The notes under the pieces: generated by a model | Seen by the model: only the letters and a program-made list of their open reading frames with translations | Told to the model about the DNA's origin: nothing | Database searches by the model: none | Part shown: piece by piece, positions 49,838 through 62,032 of the stretch | Layout of the letters: each line of letters starts with the position of its first letter | Position numbering within the stretch: position 1 is the stretch's first letter | Position numbers and translations under genes: made by a program | Assembly: GCA_036785375.1 (NCBI GenBank) | Contig: JAWMAR010000478.1 | Span: 248,001 to 312,000 of the forward strand | Source: Leucoraja ocellata | Lineage: Eukaryota | Length of the DNA stretch: 64,000 nt | Direction of reading: 5' to 3'

Positions 49838-51118
49838 TTATAAAAAGGACTGGACAAGCTAGATGCAGGAAAAATGTTCCCAATATTGGGCGAGTCCAGA
49901 ACCAGGGGCCACAGTCTTAGAATAAAGGGGAGGCCATTTAAGACTGAGGTGAGAAATAACTTTTTCACCCAGAGAGTTGTGAATTTGTGGAATTCCCTGC
50001 CACAGAGCGCAGTGGAGGCCAAATCATTGGATGGATTTAAGAGAGAGTTAGATAGAGTTCTAGGGGCTAGTGGAGTCAAGGGAAATGGGGAGAAGGCAGG
50101 CACGGGTTATTGATTGGGGACGATCAGCCGTGATCACAATGAATGGCGGTACTGGCTCGAAGGGCTGAAAGGCCTCCTCCTGCACCTAATTTCTATGTTT
50201 CTATGTAGAGAGATAAAGAACAATGAATGTAAGATCGGAGAGCAGGAGGCATCACAGAGGGGGAGCAGTGAGAGGGGGTGTGGCAGAACTGCAATGTTGT
50301 GAAAGATTGCAGCAGGAACTTGATCATTGGCCAGATGAGCTGATGAATGGTTAATTGAATTTAAATCAGAGATATGTGAGATGTTGCATTTTGGGACGTC
50401 TAACAAAAGCAGCACCAACACAGTTAATGGTAGGCCTGTGGGGAGTGTTGTAGAGCAGAGGGATCAAGGAGTGCAGGTGCAAGGTTCCTTGAAGATCAAG
50501 TCACAGGTGGTCAAAAAGCCTTTTGGCATACTGGCCTTCATCAGTCAGAGTATTGAGTATAGAAGTTGGGAGGCCATGTTGCAGTTGTATAAGACGTTGG
50601 TGAGGCCGCATTTAGAATATTGTGTTCAGTTCTGGGCACCATGTTACTGGAAAGATATTATCAAGCTTGAAAGGGTTCAGTGAAGATTTATGAGAATGTT
50701 GCCAAGGACTAGAGGGCCCGAGCTACAGGGAGAGGTTGTGCAGGCTGGGTCTCTATTGCTTGGAGCGCAGATGGATGTGGGGTGATCTTATAGTGAAAAG
50801 ATCATGAGGGGAAGAGATTGAGTGGATGCACAGAGTATCTTGCATAGAATAGGAGAATCGAGGACCAGAGGACATAGGTTCAAGGTGAAGGAGAAAAGAT
50901 TTAATAGGAACCTGAGGAACTTTTTACACAAAGGGTAGTTGGTGTATGGAACACGGTGCCAGAGGAGGTAGTTGAGGCAGGGTCTATCCCAACGTTTAAA
51001 AAACAGTTAGACAGGTACATGGATACAACAAATATGGAGGGTTATGGGCAGGTGGGACTAGTGTATCTGGGACATGTTGGCCGGTGTGGGCAAGTTGGGC
51101 TGAAGGGCCTGTTTCCAC
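49838..51118 (+). mobile_element. CR1 fragments (others at about 940-1345, 16875-17415, 42470-43480, 44585-45140, 51900-52500, 58925-59450)
   Basis: LVRPHLEYCVQFW and FFTQRVVNLWN motifs. Confidence 0.85.
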
Positions 51119-51315
51119 ACGATCACCCTTTGACTCTAACTCTCGTCAGAGAGAGGAGAATTTCTTCAAAGTAGACATATCTTGAGGAGATTTCACAGTG
51201 GAGCAGACGGAATGAGTAGGAAGGAACTGCAGATGCTGGTTTAAACCAAAGATAGATACAAAAAGATGGAGTAACTCAGCGGGTCAGGTAGCATCTCTGG
51301 AGAGTAGGAATGGGT

Positions 51316-51346
51316 GACGTTTCGGGTCGAGACCCTTCTTCAGACT
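51316..51346 (-). ncRNA. Minimal hammerhead-ribozyme motif of Penelope-derived ends (others at about 47475-47505 on -, about 49662-49690 on +)
   Basis: CTGAAGA-A-GGGTCTCGACCC-GAAA-CGTC: CUGANGA core, stem II, GAAA and GUC, as known for Penelope-like elements. Confidence 0.55.
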
Positions 51347-51444
51347 AGTTGCATTCGTACTTCATCTTTTCTCTCCGTACTGTCCTGGTTGGCGCGTTGA
51401 ATTCTGCCGTGTTAACTCGCGTTTAAACCTTCGTTTGTCTTTAG

Positions 51445-51726
51445 ATGCTCCACGAAATCCCTCAATCACTTCCCATGACGATGCGAACAGTTCCCGGGTG
51501 ATTGTAAAGGAAGGAAACTTTGCAGCGATCCTCTGCTCCGTTCAGAGTTTCCCAGCATCTAACCTGACGTGGGTACATCTCGGTGTCACTCTGAACACAA
51601 CATGTTCCAGCAACGAACTGTGGTTGGAGTTCCCTCAGCTGGCATGGCAGGATGCTGGGGTCTATCAGTGTGTGGCGGTGAATGAACACGGGACAGCAGA
51701 GAGGGATGTGACCCTCACTGTAGAAT
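51445..51726 (+). CDS. Siglec-like C2/I-set Ig exon (intact)
   Basis: ttag|ATGCT ... GAAT|gtgagt; YAPRNPSIT..AILCSVQSFPASNLTW..DAGVYQCVAVNEHG. Confidence 0.88.
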
Positions 51727-53184
51727 GTGAGTAGACACACACTAACACATCCCTCACAACGTCATAAATGATAGGGGCAGAATTAGAATGTTGAATGGTC
51801 AAATCTACTCCACCATTCAATCATGGCTGATCTATCTCTCCCTCCTAACCCCATTCTCCTGCCTTCTCATAGAGCCATAGAGCTATAGAGCCATTGATTC
51901 ATAGAGTGATACAGCGTGGGAACTGCTCAACTTGCTTTCAACAACCTACATGTCCCAGCTACATTAGTCCAACCTGCCCATGTTTGGCCCATATCCCTCC
52001 AAACTTGCCCTAACCATGTACTTGTCTGTTTCTTAAACGCTGGGATAGTCCCAGCCTCAGCGACCTCCTCTGGCAGCTCATTCCATACAACAACCAGCCT
52101 TTGTATGAAAAAGTCACCGCCCAGGTTCCGTTTAAATAATTTCCCCTTCACCTTGAACCTATGTCCTCTGGTCGTCGATTCACCTACTCTGGGCAATAGA
52201 CTTGGTGCATCTACCCGATCTATTCCTCTCATGATTATAAACACCTCTATAAGAGCACTCCTCATCCCCCTGCTCTCCAAGGAAGAGAGTCCTAGCCTGC
52301 TCAACCTTTCCCTATAGCTCAGGCCCTCTAGTCCTGGCCACATCCTCATGAATCTTCTCTGCACCCTTTCCTGCTTGACAACATACTTCCTATATTTCCT
52401 CTCTCCTCTTCTAAGATAAGGAAGTTTAGATAAAATTATTTGAAGCATTGTGTGCAGTTCTGGTCACCCCATTACAGGAAGGATGTGGTCAGGGTGCACA
52501 ACGCTGCCTAGTTTAGAGAGTATTAGCAATAAGGAGTTTCAAGGGGGGCACACAGTGGTTCAACGGTAGAGTTGCTGCCTCACAGCACCAGAGAGCCAGG
52601 TTGAATCCTCACTACGGGTGCTTGTCGGTACGGAGTTGGCAAGTTCATCCCATAACCTACGTGGGTTTTCTTCGGGTGCTCCGGTTTCCTCCCACACTCC
52701 AAAGATATACAGGTGGGCAGGTTAATTGGCTTGGTATATTTGTAAATTGTCCCTAGTGTGTGCAGGATAGTATATGTGTGGGGATCGCTGGCAGGCGTGG
52801 ACACGGTGGGCCGAAGGGCCTGTTTCCGCGCTGTATCTCTAAACTAAACTAAAGAAGAGGTTGGATAGACTTTCTCTGGAGTTCATGTTCACAAGTGATG
52901 GGAGCACAATAAGGCCTTTTGGCCCATCAAGTATACTCTGCCATTCGATCATGGCTGATCTATTTCTCCCTCCCCTGCCCCATTCCCCTGCCTTCACTCC
53001 ATAGCCTCTGACACCCGTACTAATGAAGAATCTATCTCTGCCTTAAATATAACCACTGACATGGCCTCCACTGCCGTCTGTGGCAAAGAATTCCACAGAT
53101 TCACCACCCATTGGAAGGCTGAGGGGAGACCTGATAGAAATATATAAAACTATGAGTTGCATTGAGAAGTCAGAATCTTTTTTA

Positions 53185-54090
53185 CATAGAAACATAGAAA
53201 TTAGGTGCAGGTGTAGGCCATTCGGCCCTTCGAGCCTGCACCGCCATTCAATATGATCATGGCTGATCATCCAACTCAGTATCCCGTACCTGCCTTCTCT
53301 CCATACCCTCTGATCCCCTTAGCCACAAGGGCCACATCTAACTCCCTCTTAAATATAGCCAATGAACTGGCCTCAACTACCCTGTGCGGCAGAGAGTTCC
53401 AGAGATTCACCACTCTCTGTGTGAAAAAAGTTCTTCTCATCTCGGTTTTAAAGGATTTCCCCCTTATCCTTAAGCTGTGACCCCTTGTCCTGGACTTCCC
53501 CAACATCGGGAGCAATCTTCCTGCATCTAGCCTGTCCAACCCCTTAAGAATTTTGTAAGTTTCTATAAGATCCCCTCTCAATCTCCTAAATTCTAGAGAG
53601 TATAAACCAAGTCTATCCAGTCTTTCTTCATAAGACAGTCCTGACATCCCAGGAATCAGTCTGGTGAACCTTCTCTGCACTCCCTCTATGGCAATAATGT
53701 CCTTCCTCAGATTTGGAGACCAAAATTGTACGCAATACTCCAGGTGTGGTCTCACCAAGACCCTGTACAACTGCAGTAGAACCTCCCTGCTCTTATACTC
53801 AAATCCTTTTGCTATGAAAGCTAACATACCATTCGCTTACTTCACTGCCTGCTGCACCTGCATGCCTACTTTCAATGACTGGTGTACCATGACACCCAGG
53901 TCTCGCTGCATCTCCCCTTTTCCTAGTCGGCCACCATTTAGATAATAGTCTGCTTTCCTGTTTTCGCCACCAAAATGGATAACCTCACATTTATCTACAT
54001 TATACTGCATCTGCCAAACATTTGCCCACTCACTCAGCCTATCCAAGTCACCTTGCAGTCTCCTAGCATCCTCCTCACAGCTAACACTGC
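53185..54090 (-). mobile_element. 5'-truncated CR1
   Basis: RT C-terminal ORF 53276-53827 and tail. Confidence 0.92.
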
Positions 54091-54179
54091 TAACATGGTG
54101 CAAATGTCAAGGTTGAGAGGGCAGAGCTGTAAGGTGAGAGGGGAAAATTGTAAAGGAGATGTGCGGGGCAACTTTTACA

Positions 54180-54782
54180 ATACGATACGACACAATAGAA
54201 CTTTATATATCCCAGGAGAGAACTAAATACACAAAATACACAAACACAAAATACTTTAAATATGAAATTAAAGTGACGAGTGGAAAGGCTTGGGGGCTGT
54301 GCAAAGATTACGTGGGAGGGGGGTGGTGGGGAGGCGAGTCAGTCTCAGTCTACACTACGACAGAAGGGGGAGGAGTTGTACAGTTTGATAGCCACAGGGA
54401 AGAAGGATCTCCTGTGGCGTTTTGTGCTGCATCTTGGTGGAACCAGTCTGTTGCTGAATGTGCTCCTCTGGTTGACCAATGTGTCACGGAGGGGTTGAGC
54501 CGTATTGTCCAGGATGCTCCACAGCTCCATCCTCCCCTCCTAGACCAACCTACTGTGAATCCAACTCCGCCCCCAGGATGGAGCCGGCCTTCCTGATGAG
54601 CTTGTTGATCCCATTGACGTCTGCAGCCTTCGCCCTGTTGCCCCGGCACACGGCAGTGAAGAAGATGGCACTGGCCACCACCGATTAGTAGAACATCTGC
54701 AGCTTCTTGCTGCAGATGTTGATGGAGCAGAGCCTTCTCAGAAAGCTCTGTCCCTTCTTGTACAGAGCCTCGGAGTTCTTGG
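54180..54782 (-). mobile_element. Rex/Babar 3' fragment (related pieces at about 60-352, 14660-14830, 44360-44580, 63510-64000)
   Basis: RRSFFPVAIKLYN here; LLPSGRRYRSL at the window end. Confidence 0.7.
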
Positions 54783-54880
54783 ATCAGTCCCGTTTACTGA
54801 AGATAGACACAAAATGCTGGAGCAGACAATGCTGGAGAAACTCAGCGGGTGAGGCAGCATCTATGGAGCGAAGGAAATAG

Positions 54881-55799
54881 ACACTAAGCTGGGGGGCAGT
54901 GTTAGCTGTGAGGAGGACTGCAAGGTGACTTGGATAGGCTGGGTGAGTGGGCAAACGTTTGCAGATGCAGTATAATGTGGATAAATGTGAGGTTATCCAT
55001 TTTGGTGGCAAAAACGGGAAAGCAGACTATTATCTAAATGGTCGCCGATTGGGAAAGGGGGAGATGCAGCGAGACCTGGGTGTCATGGTACACCAGTCAT
55101 TGAAGGTAGGCATGCAGGTGCAGCAGGCAGTAAAGAAAGCGAATGGTATGTTAGCTTTCATTGCAAAAGGATTTGAGTATAGGAGCAGGGAGGTTCTACT
55201 GCAGTTGTACAGGGTCTTGGTGAGACCACACATGGAGTATTGCGTACAGTTTTGGTCTCCAAATCTGAGGAAGGACATTATTGCCATAGAGGGAGTGCAG
55301 AGACGGATCACCAGATTGATTCATGGGATGTCAGGACTGTCTTATGAAGAAAGACTGGATAGACTTGGTTTATACTCTCTAGAATTTAGGAGATTGAGAG
55401 GGGATCTTATAGAAACTTACAAAATTCTTAAGGGGTTGGACAGGCTAGATGCAGGAAGATTGTTCCCGATGTTAGGGAAGTCCAGGACAAGGGGTCACAG
55501 CTTAAGGATAAGGGGGAAATCCTTTAAAACCGAGATGAGAAGAACTTTTTTCACACAGAGAGTGGTGAATCTCTGGAACTCTCTGCCACAGAGGGTAGTT
55601 GAGGCCTGTTCATTGGCTATATTTAAGAGGGAGTTAGATGTGGCCCTTGTGGCTAAGGGGATCAGGGGGTATGGAGAGAAGGCAGGTACGGGATACTGAG
55701 TTGGATGATCAGCCATGATCATATTGAATGGCGGTGCAGGCTCGAAGGGCCGAATGGCCTACTCCTGCACCTAATTTCTATTTTTCTATGTTTCTATGT
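54881..55799 (+). mobile_element. 5'-truncated CR1 at the inner edge of the right inverted arm
   Basis: ORF 54947-55699 and tail. Confidence 0.92.
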
Positions 55800-55967
55800 A
55801 TCAGCCATGATTGAATGGCAGAGTAGACTTGATGGGCCGAATGACTTAATTCTGCTACTATCATTAATAACCTCACGACTTTATGACCAACGTCTAATAC
55901 AACTGCAACTTTATACTTGTACTTTGCTGATGTGCTGTAAACTTGGTGTGACCTTCCTTTGCTGCAG

Positions 55968-56034
55968 GAGGGAAGATGCTTCAGGGAACCCAGACAACAA
56001 TGTGATCTACTGCCCACAATCTGCCACCAATCAG
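55968..56034 (+). CDS. Siglec-like cytoplasmic exon (R-REDASGNPDNNVIYCPQSATNQ)
   Basis: gctgcag|G ... CAG|gtagtg; starts in phase 2, matching the TM exon of the left paralog; ends in phase 0, matching the ITIM exon. Confidence 0.7.
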
Positions 56035-57363
56035 GTAGTGGAACTTTGTATTTAATCTCAACTACAGATGATACACACGTGGGTACAAAATGCTGGAGTA
56101 ACTCAGTGGAACAGGCAGAATCTCTGGAGAGAAGGAACAGGTGATGTTTCGGTCGAGACTCGAGGGGCCTGAGCTACAGAGAGAGGTTGAGGAGGCTGGG
56201 ACTCTATTCCTTGGAGCACAAGGGGATGAGGGGTGATCTTATAGATGGGTATAAAACCATGAGAGGAATAGATCAGGTAGATGCACAGAGACTCTTGCCC
56301 AGAGTAGGGGAATCGAGGACCAGAGGACATAGGTTCAAGGTGAAGGGGAAAAAAATCTGAGGGGTTACTTTTTCACACAAAGGGTGGTGCGTGTATGGAA
56401 CGAGTTGCTGGAGGAGGTAGTTGAGGCTGGGACTATCCCAACGTTTAAGAAACAGTTAGAAAGGTACATGGACAGGACAAGTTTGGAGGGATATGGACCA
56501 AGCGCAGGCAGGTGGGACTAGTGTAGCTGGGCCATGTTGGCCGGTGTTGGCAAGTTGGGCAGAAGGACCTGTTTCCACAATGGATGACTCTATATAGATG
56601 ATGATGTAGAGAGAGATAAAGAACAATGAATGAAAGATAGATGTAAACAAAGTAACGATGATAAAGGAAACAGGCCACTGTTAGTGGTTTGTTGGGTGAA
56701 AACGAGAAGCTTTGTGCGACTTGGGTGGGGGAGGGATGGAGAGAGAGGGAATACAGGGCTACCTCAAGTGAGGGAAATCAATGTTCATATCACTGGGCTG
56801 TAAGCTGCCCAAACGGAATATGTGATGCTGGCCCTCCAATTTGTGTTTAGCCTCACTCTGTCAATGGAGGCGACCGAGGACAGAAAGGTCAGTGTGGGAA
56901 GGGGAATTAAAGTATTTAGCAACCGGGGGTATGAATATTGATTTATCTAACTATGTGAGAGTGTGTGAGTGTGAGAGTGGGTGTGAGAGAGTGGGTGTGA
57001 GTGTGAGACAAAGTTTGAGAAAGAGGGAGACGAGGCGAGAGAGGGAGAGAGATAGTGGGTGAAACTACGAGTGTGAGAGACACAGTGCCTGAGTGTGAGC
57101 GAGTGAGAGAAAGAGTAGAGGGAGAAAGGGGGAGAGAGAAAGTGTGAAACTGCAAGTGAGAGGGAGAGGGAGAGAGAGAAAGTGAGAGAGGGGGAGAGAG
57201 AAGAAGAGTGAGGGTGTGCGAGAGGAGAACATAAACAACATGGCTGAACCTGGGTCTGTGGGAGTACACGAGTTGTGAACCTTCTCACTGATGGTATTAA
57301 ATGCCGGGCCACACTGCTCTGTACTAAACCGACAACTGCCCGTCTGCTTCACTTTCCTTCCAG

Positions 57364-57543
57364 AGCGCGGGGAGTGGAGAGAACGGGTCGGCCCCAGTAG
57401 GAGGGGAATCAGGAGAGGGGGAAGAGCAAGCGGTCGTGTACGCCAACATGCGGGAGGTGCTGAGCAGCGGAGACACCAGGCACAGTGACGAGGGGGTGGA
57501 ATACGCGGAGCTCTGGTTCCAGTCCAAGCAGGGGAAGGGGTAG
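57364..57543 (+). CDS. Siglec-like terminal exon with tandem ITIM-like motifs (VVYANM, VEYAEL)
   Basis: Acceptor ctttccttccag; 59 codons then TAG; two V-x-Y-x-x-(L/M) motifs. Missed by the ORF track. Confidence 0.85.
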   Translation, partial: SAGSGENGSAPVGGESGEGEEQAVVYANMREVLSSGDTRHSDEGVEYAELWFQSKQGKG

Positions 57544-58057
57544 GTGGGAGGATGGAGGGAGGGGTGGTGAGGAGGGAGAGGCGATGGGGAGAGAGCGCTG
57601 CACCAGCTTTAACTACCTTGGGTTTCATAGATTAATTAACCCTCTGTAGATGAAATAGTGGGATAACATAGAACTAGTGTGTGAACACATGATCGATGGT
57701 CGGTGCGGACTTGGTGGGCTGAAGGGCCTGTTTCCCCGCTGTATCTCTTTAGAAAAGCCTTTGTTTCTTTAGAACCCAGACTGTTCCGCGGGTAACTATG
57801 AACATTGAGAATAATTGCTTCTATCAAATGATAATCTGTTACACACAGTCTTTACCTGCAGTTACAAAATCCACTCATAGCTATTAAATGAAGACCTTTA
57901 TTTTTTGAGAATCCTGTGGGAATTTTGCTAATGCTATTCTGAAGCTCTTGCTTTTGTAGCACCATGTTCTATAACAAGTTTCATAGCAAGCAGCTCTCTG
58001 TGTGGCATTGGTGAGTAATAATAATAATGAAATGCAGACGCTGGAAATCTGACAAAG

Positions 58058-58740
58058 GGCGGCACGGTGGCGCAGCGGTAGATTTGCTGCCTCACAGCGC
58101 CAGAGACCCGGGTTCGATCCTGACTACAGGTGCTGTCTGTGCGGAGTTTGTACGTTCTCCCCGTGACCTGTGTGGGTTTTCTCCGGGATCTTCGGTTTCC
58201 TCCCACACCCCACAGATGGGCTGGTTTGTAGGTTAATTGGCTTGCTGTAAATGTACATTGTCCCTGCTTACCCACCACACCACCTCCAGGTCCCACAGAT
58301 CGGCAGACTTGGGGTTACTGAACATCCCGCGGTCTAGGCATAAGCTCAGGGGCGACCGTGCCTTTGCGGTTGCAGCCCCGTGACTGTGGAACAGCATCCC
58401 TCTTCCCATCAGAACTGCCTCCTCCATCGACTCTTTTGAGTCGAGACTTAAAACTCATCTTTACTCTCAAGCCTTTCTTGTCATCCTCTGAGGGAGGGCT
58501 ATATGTATGTATTTATGTATGTACTTAATCTATGAACCACCGTTGTATAACGTTAGTACCTCCACCAATGTAAAGCACTTTGGTCAACGAGAGATGTTTT
58601 TTAAATGTGCTATAGAAATAAAAGTGACTTGACTTGACATGACTGGCTGTGTGTAGTGTGCGGGGATCGCTGGTCGGCGCTGACTCGATGGGCCGAAGGT
58701 CCTGTTTCCGCGCTGTGTCTCTAAACTACACTAAACTAAA
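58058..58740 (+). mobile_element. tRNA-derived HE1/V-SINE-type SINE with an internal L2-like insertion (mirror copy about 5330-6008; other copies about 690-935, 19055-19360, 21070-21265, 24895-25175, 25585-25795, 49190-49330, 52545-52850)
   Basis: A box TGGCGCAGCGG, B box GGTTCGATCC, core GGTTTCCTCCCACA and a (CTAAA)n tail. Confidence 0.8.
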
Positions 58741-60027
58741 ACTAATCAGTCATGGTCATCTAATAGTGGAGCAGGTGCAAGATTAATCCTGATACTATTT
58801 TTATATCATTACATGTTTTCTGCAGAGGATTTGGATTTGTTGCATTTGTAAACAAAGAGATTAAAATGCTGAACCATTACAGTCACATGTCTCAGAATTA
58901 TGTTTGAAACATCTCTTTTATTTGATTTTTGGTCTCCTAATTTGAGGAAGGACATTCTTGGTATTGAGTAGTAGCATAGGTTCACCAGGTTAATTCCCGT
59001 GATGGCGGGACTGAGATATGTTGAAAGAATGGATCGACTGGGCTTGTATTCACTGGAATTTAGAAGGATGAGAGGGGACCTTATAGAAACATATACATCC
59101 TTAAGGGATTGGACAGGGATGCAGGGAAAATGTTCCCGATATTGGGGGGAGTCCAGAACCAGGGGTCACAGTTTAAGAATATGGGGTCGGCCATTTAGGA
59201 CTGAGATGAGGAAAATCGTTTTCACCTAGAGAGTTGTGTATCCGGGAATTCTCTGCCACAGAAGGCAGTGGAGGCGAATTCACCTGATGTTTTCAAGAGT
59301 TAGATTTAGCTCTTTGGACTAATGGAATGAAGGGATATGGGGAGAAAGCAGGAACGGGGTACTGATTTTGGATGGTCAGCCATGATCATATTGAGTGGCG
59401 GTGCTGGCACGAATGGCCGAATGACCTACTCCTGCACATATGTTCTGTTTCCTCGCTGTGTCTCTAAACTAAACTAAAGCCTTCCATTCCATTCCCATCT
59501 GAATATCTTGTAAAAGTCGCGATTGTGTCCTTTCGAAAGATTCAATTTTTTAAATTTCAAAATATACTTTATTTGAGAAATAAATATATCCGATAGATGA
59601 TCCTTACAAGACTCCATCCAACATTCTTGGAGGCTATACATACATTCAATAATGTTTACACAAATTACACAAATTTATCCCCCACCCTTGCCACTCATGT
59701 GGCCCATTGGCGTGGAATCCCTTCCCATATTTTTGAGGGGCGTCTCCACCACACCCTGCCCCCCATGTCCAGCAGCGGAAGGAACCTAGACTATGGTCCT
59801 CCATCACTGAGAATTTTTATTAAATCAAAAAATGTAATTAATTATTAAAAATAATATTTACAATACAATGAAACAAACCAGATCCCACCCCCATAATGCA
59901 AGACCAACAAATATACTAAATAAACAACTATACAACTATGTTACAATCCTTGTCAAGGATGCATTCCACCCTCTGCCGTGCCCAACGGTGCGGCAAATCC
60001 CCCTGGTTGCCCGTGGACAGTGTGTAG

Positions 60028-60421
60028 CAAAGATCCTATAGCGAGCAAGATCGTCCACTCGACCAAAAAGACATAGTATGGTCATGGGCATATTCATGGG
60101 TAATTTAAGGCCCCATTCCCGTAACCGGCTTCCGTCTCCGCACCACAGATCCCATAGGATAAAGTGCTGAGACGGAAGCCGGTTATGGAAACATCCTCGT
60201 AAAAATAAAAGTTAGTTGGTAAAAATCTTCTTCTCATTTTCAGAATTTTAATGTATTAACACAAACTGATCCCCCGCAGCGTTGATTACACTGCGAGTCC
60301 GGCCGGGTCCGGTTACGGAAATGGATGAAAAAAAGGCCCACGTTCCGTTCCGTTGCGTACTACACGTCAGCCCATTGTATTTAGCAGGAGTGGTCTATCT
60401 TGCTCCGTTATAGGATCTTTG
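60028..60421. mobile_element. Same MITE, uninterrupted copy inside the Tx1 3' end
   Basis: TIRs start at 60028 and end at 60421; TSD GTGTGTAG/GTGCGTAG. Confidence 0.85.
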
Positions 60422-61469
60422 GTGCGTAGTCCCTCTCTAACACCACCGGGGCACGGACGTAACCCTGGAAAAGGGGCAGGCATCTGGCTCGGGCAGAGCC
60501 CTCTTCTGCCTGACCCAGTGACTCGAGGATGGCCAGCTTGGCCAGGCCCAGGAGCAACCCAACCATGACATCTTCAGCTCTACCCTCTCCCCCTGCACAG
60601 GTTGTCCAAAGATGAGGATGGTGGGTGAGAAATGCAGCCCGAAGGCAAGTAGCAGCAGCTTTAGATATTGGAACAGGGGATGCAGCCTCACACACACACA
60701 CGTGGCTCACAGATTCTTCCAGCCCACAAAGGTGGCAGACGGCTGGTGAGTCTGTGAACCGCGAGAGAAACAGGTTGCAGGGGACTCCGGTGCAATACCC
60801 TGCACCCCAGGTCCCCGATGTAGAGGGGGAGAATCCCTGCGTAGAGGGACCCCCCCAACCGAGCCTTGGCGTTGGCTGAACCAAGCTTCAGTGTGTCCCT
60901 TCAGCACGTACTCCTGCAGTCTGCAGCGGGCCAGTCGGCAACATTCTCCGACAGACATCCCGCTCCGCTGGGTGGTCAACAAATCTCAGGCCGACCAAAG
61001 GGCGTCTTTCACCGAGTTGATGACCTTCCAGCAGCACTCGATGTCAGTCTCTGAATGTGTCCCTGGGAACAGTCCGTAAATCACAGAGTCCTCTGTGACA
61101 GAGCTGTTCAGAATAAATCGTGACAGGGACCCTTGCAAACATCTCCAGACTCTCTTTGCAAATCCACACTCTGCAACGAGGTGGGCAACCGTCTCCTCTC
61201 CATAGCAGCCGTCCCAAGGGCAGCGTGCGCTGGTAGTGAGGTTCCGACGGTGCAGGAAGGATCTGACTGGGAGGGGTCCCCTCACCGCCAGCCAAGCCAG
61301 GTCTTGGTGCTTGTTGTTGAGTTCTGGCGATGAAGCATTTCGCCAGACAAGCTGGGCAGTCTGCTCTGGGAACCACGCCACAAGATCCATGGAGTCATTT
61401 CGCTGCAGTGCCTGCAGGTCGTTCCGTGCTGACCACTGCCCGATGGACTTGTGGTCAATGGCAATAGTG

Positions 61470-62032
61470 AATAATCCTTCACTTAAACCATCTCTTACCA
61501 ATAAAACATAACCAATGGGAAAGAATGGGAATTAAAAGGATCGGCGATATGTATGAAATGGGAACTCTGTTATCATTCCAACAATTGCAATTAAAATTTG
61601 TTGAAATATAGCCAATATTTTAAATATCTTCAGATCTGCGATTTCATGAAGAAATATATACAAAGACATCAAACTATAATTTTAGACCCACTGGAAGAAG
61701 CAATGAATATTAAGGCTGACTCACAGAAATTAATATCATATTTATATAATTGTATTTTAAGTATAGAACTACCATCGACAGAGAGAAGATTGAGAACGAG
61801 AATTATTGATAAAAATCACGAAAAAAACAGTATTTGATATATATACACATGAATTTTCGATGAATGTAAGACATAACTTAATTCAATTCAAAATTTTACA
61901 TAGATTATATTATTCAAAAACTAGACTGAATACATTTCATCCAAATACTTCTCCCATTTGTGACAAATGTTTATCTCAAAATGCCACTATAACACATTAT
62001 TTTGTTTCCTGCATAAATCTCCATAAATTCTG
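61470..62032 (+). mobile_element. L1 ORF2 C-terminal fragment inside Tx1
   Basis: Homologous to about 7770-8345 (YLQICDF, IQFKILHRLYY, CDKC). Confidence 0.85.

Larger units (their letters stand above)
55800..60620. repeat. Right arm of the inverted duplication
   Basis: Reverse complement of 2807-10863. Confidence 0.93.

Noticed and set aside
10864-55799. Invertible segment acting as a switch that joins the Ig exons to the TM exon
   Set aside because: The TM and Ig exons both lie inside the interval on opposite strands, so flipping between the arms would not unite them
57960-58010. Extra coding exon (tag|CACCAT..TTG|gtgagt; mirror at about 6055-6105)
   Set aside because: It lies downstream of the ITIM exon stop codon, so at most it is a 3'-UTR exon, and there is no support for it
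58058-58135. tRNA gene
   Set aside because: The A and B boxes are the head of a multi-copy SINE that continues into the SINE core and tail
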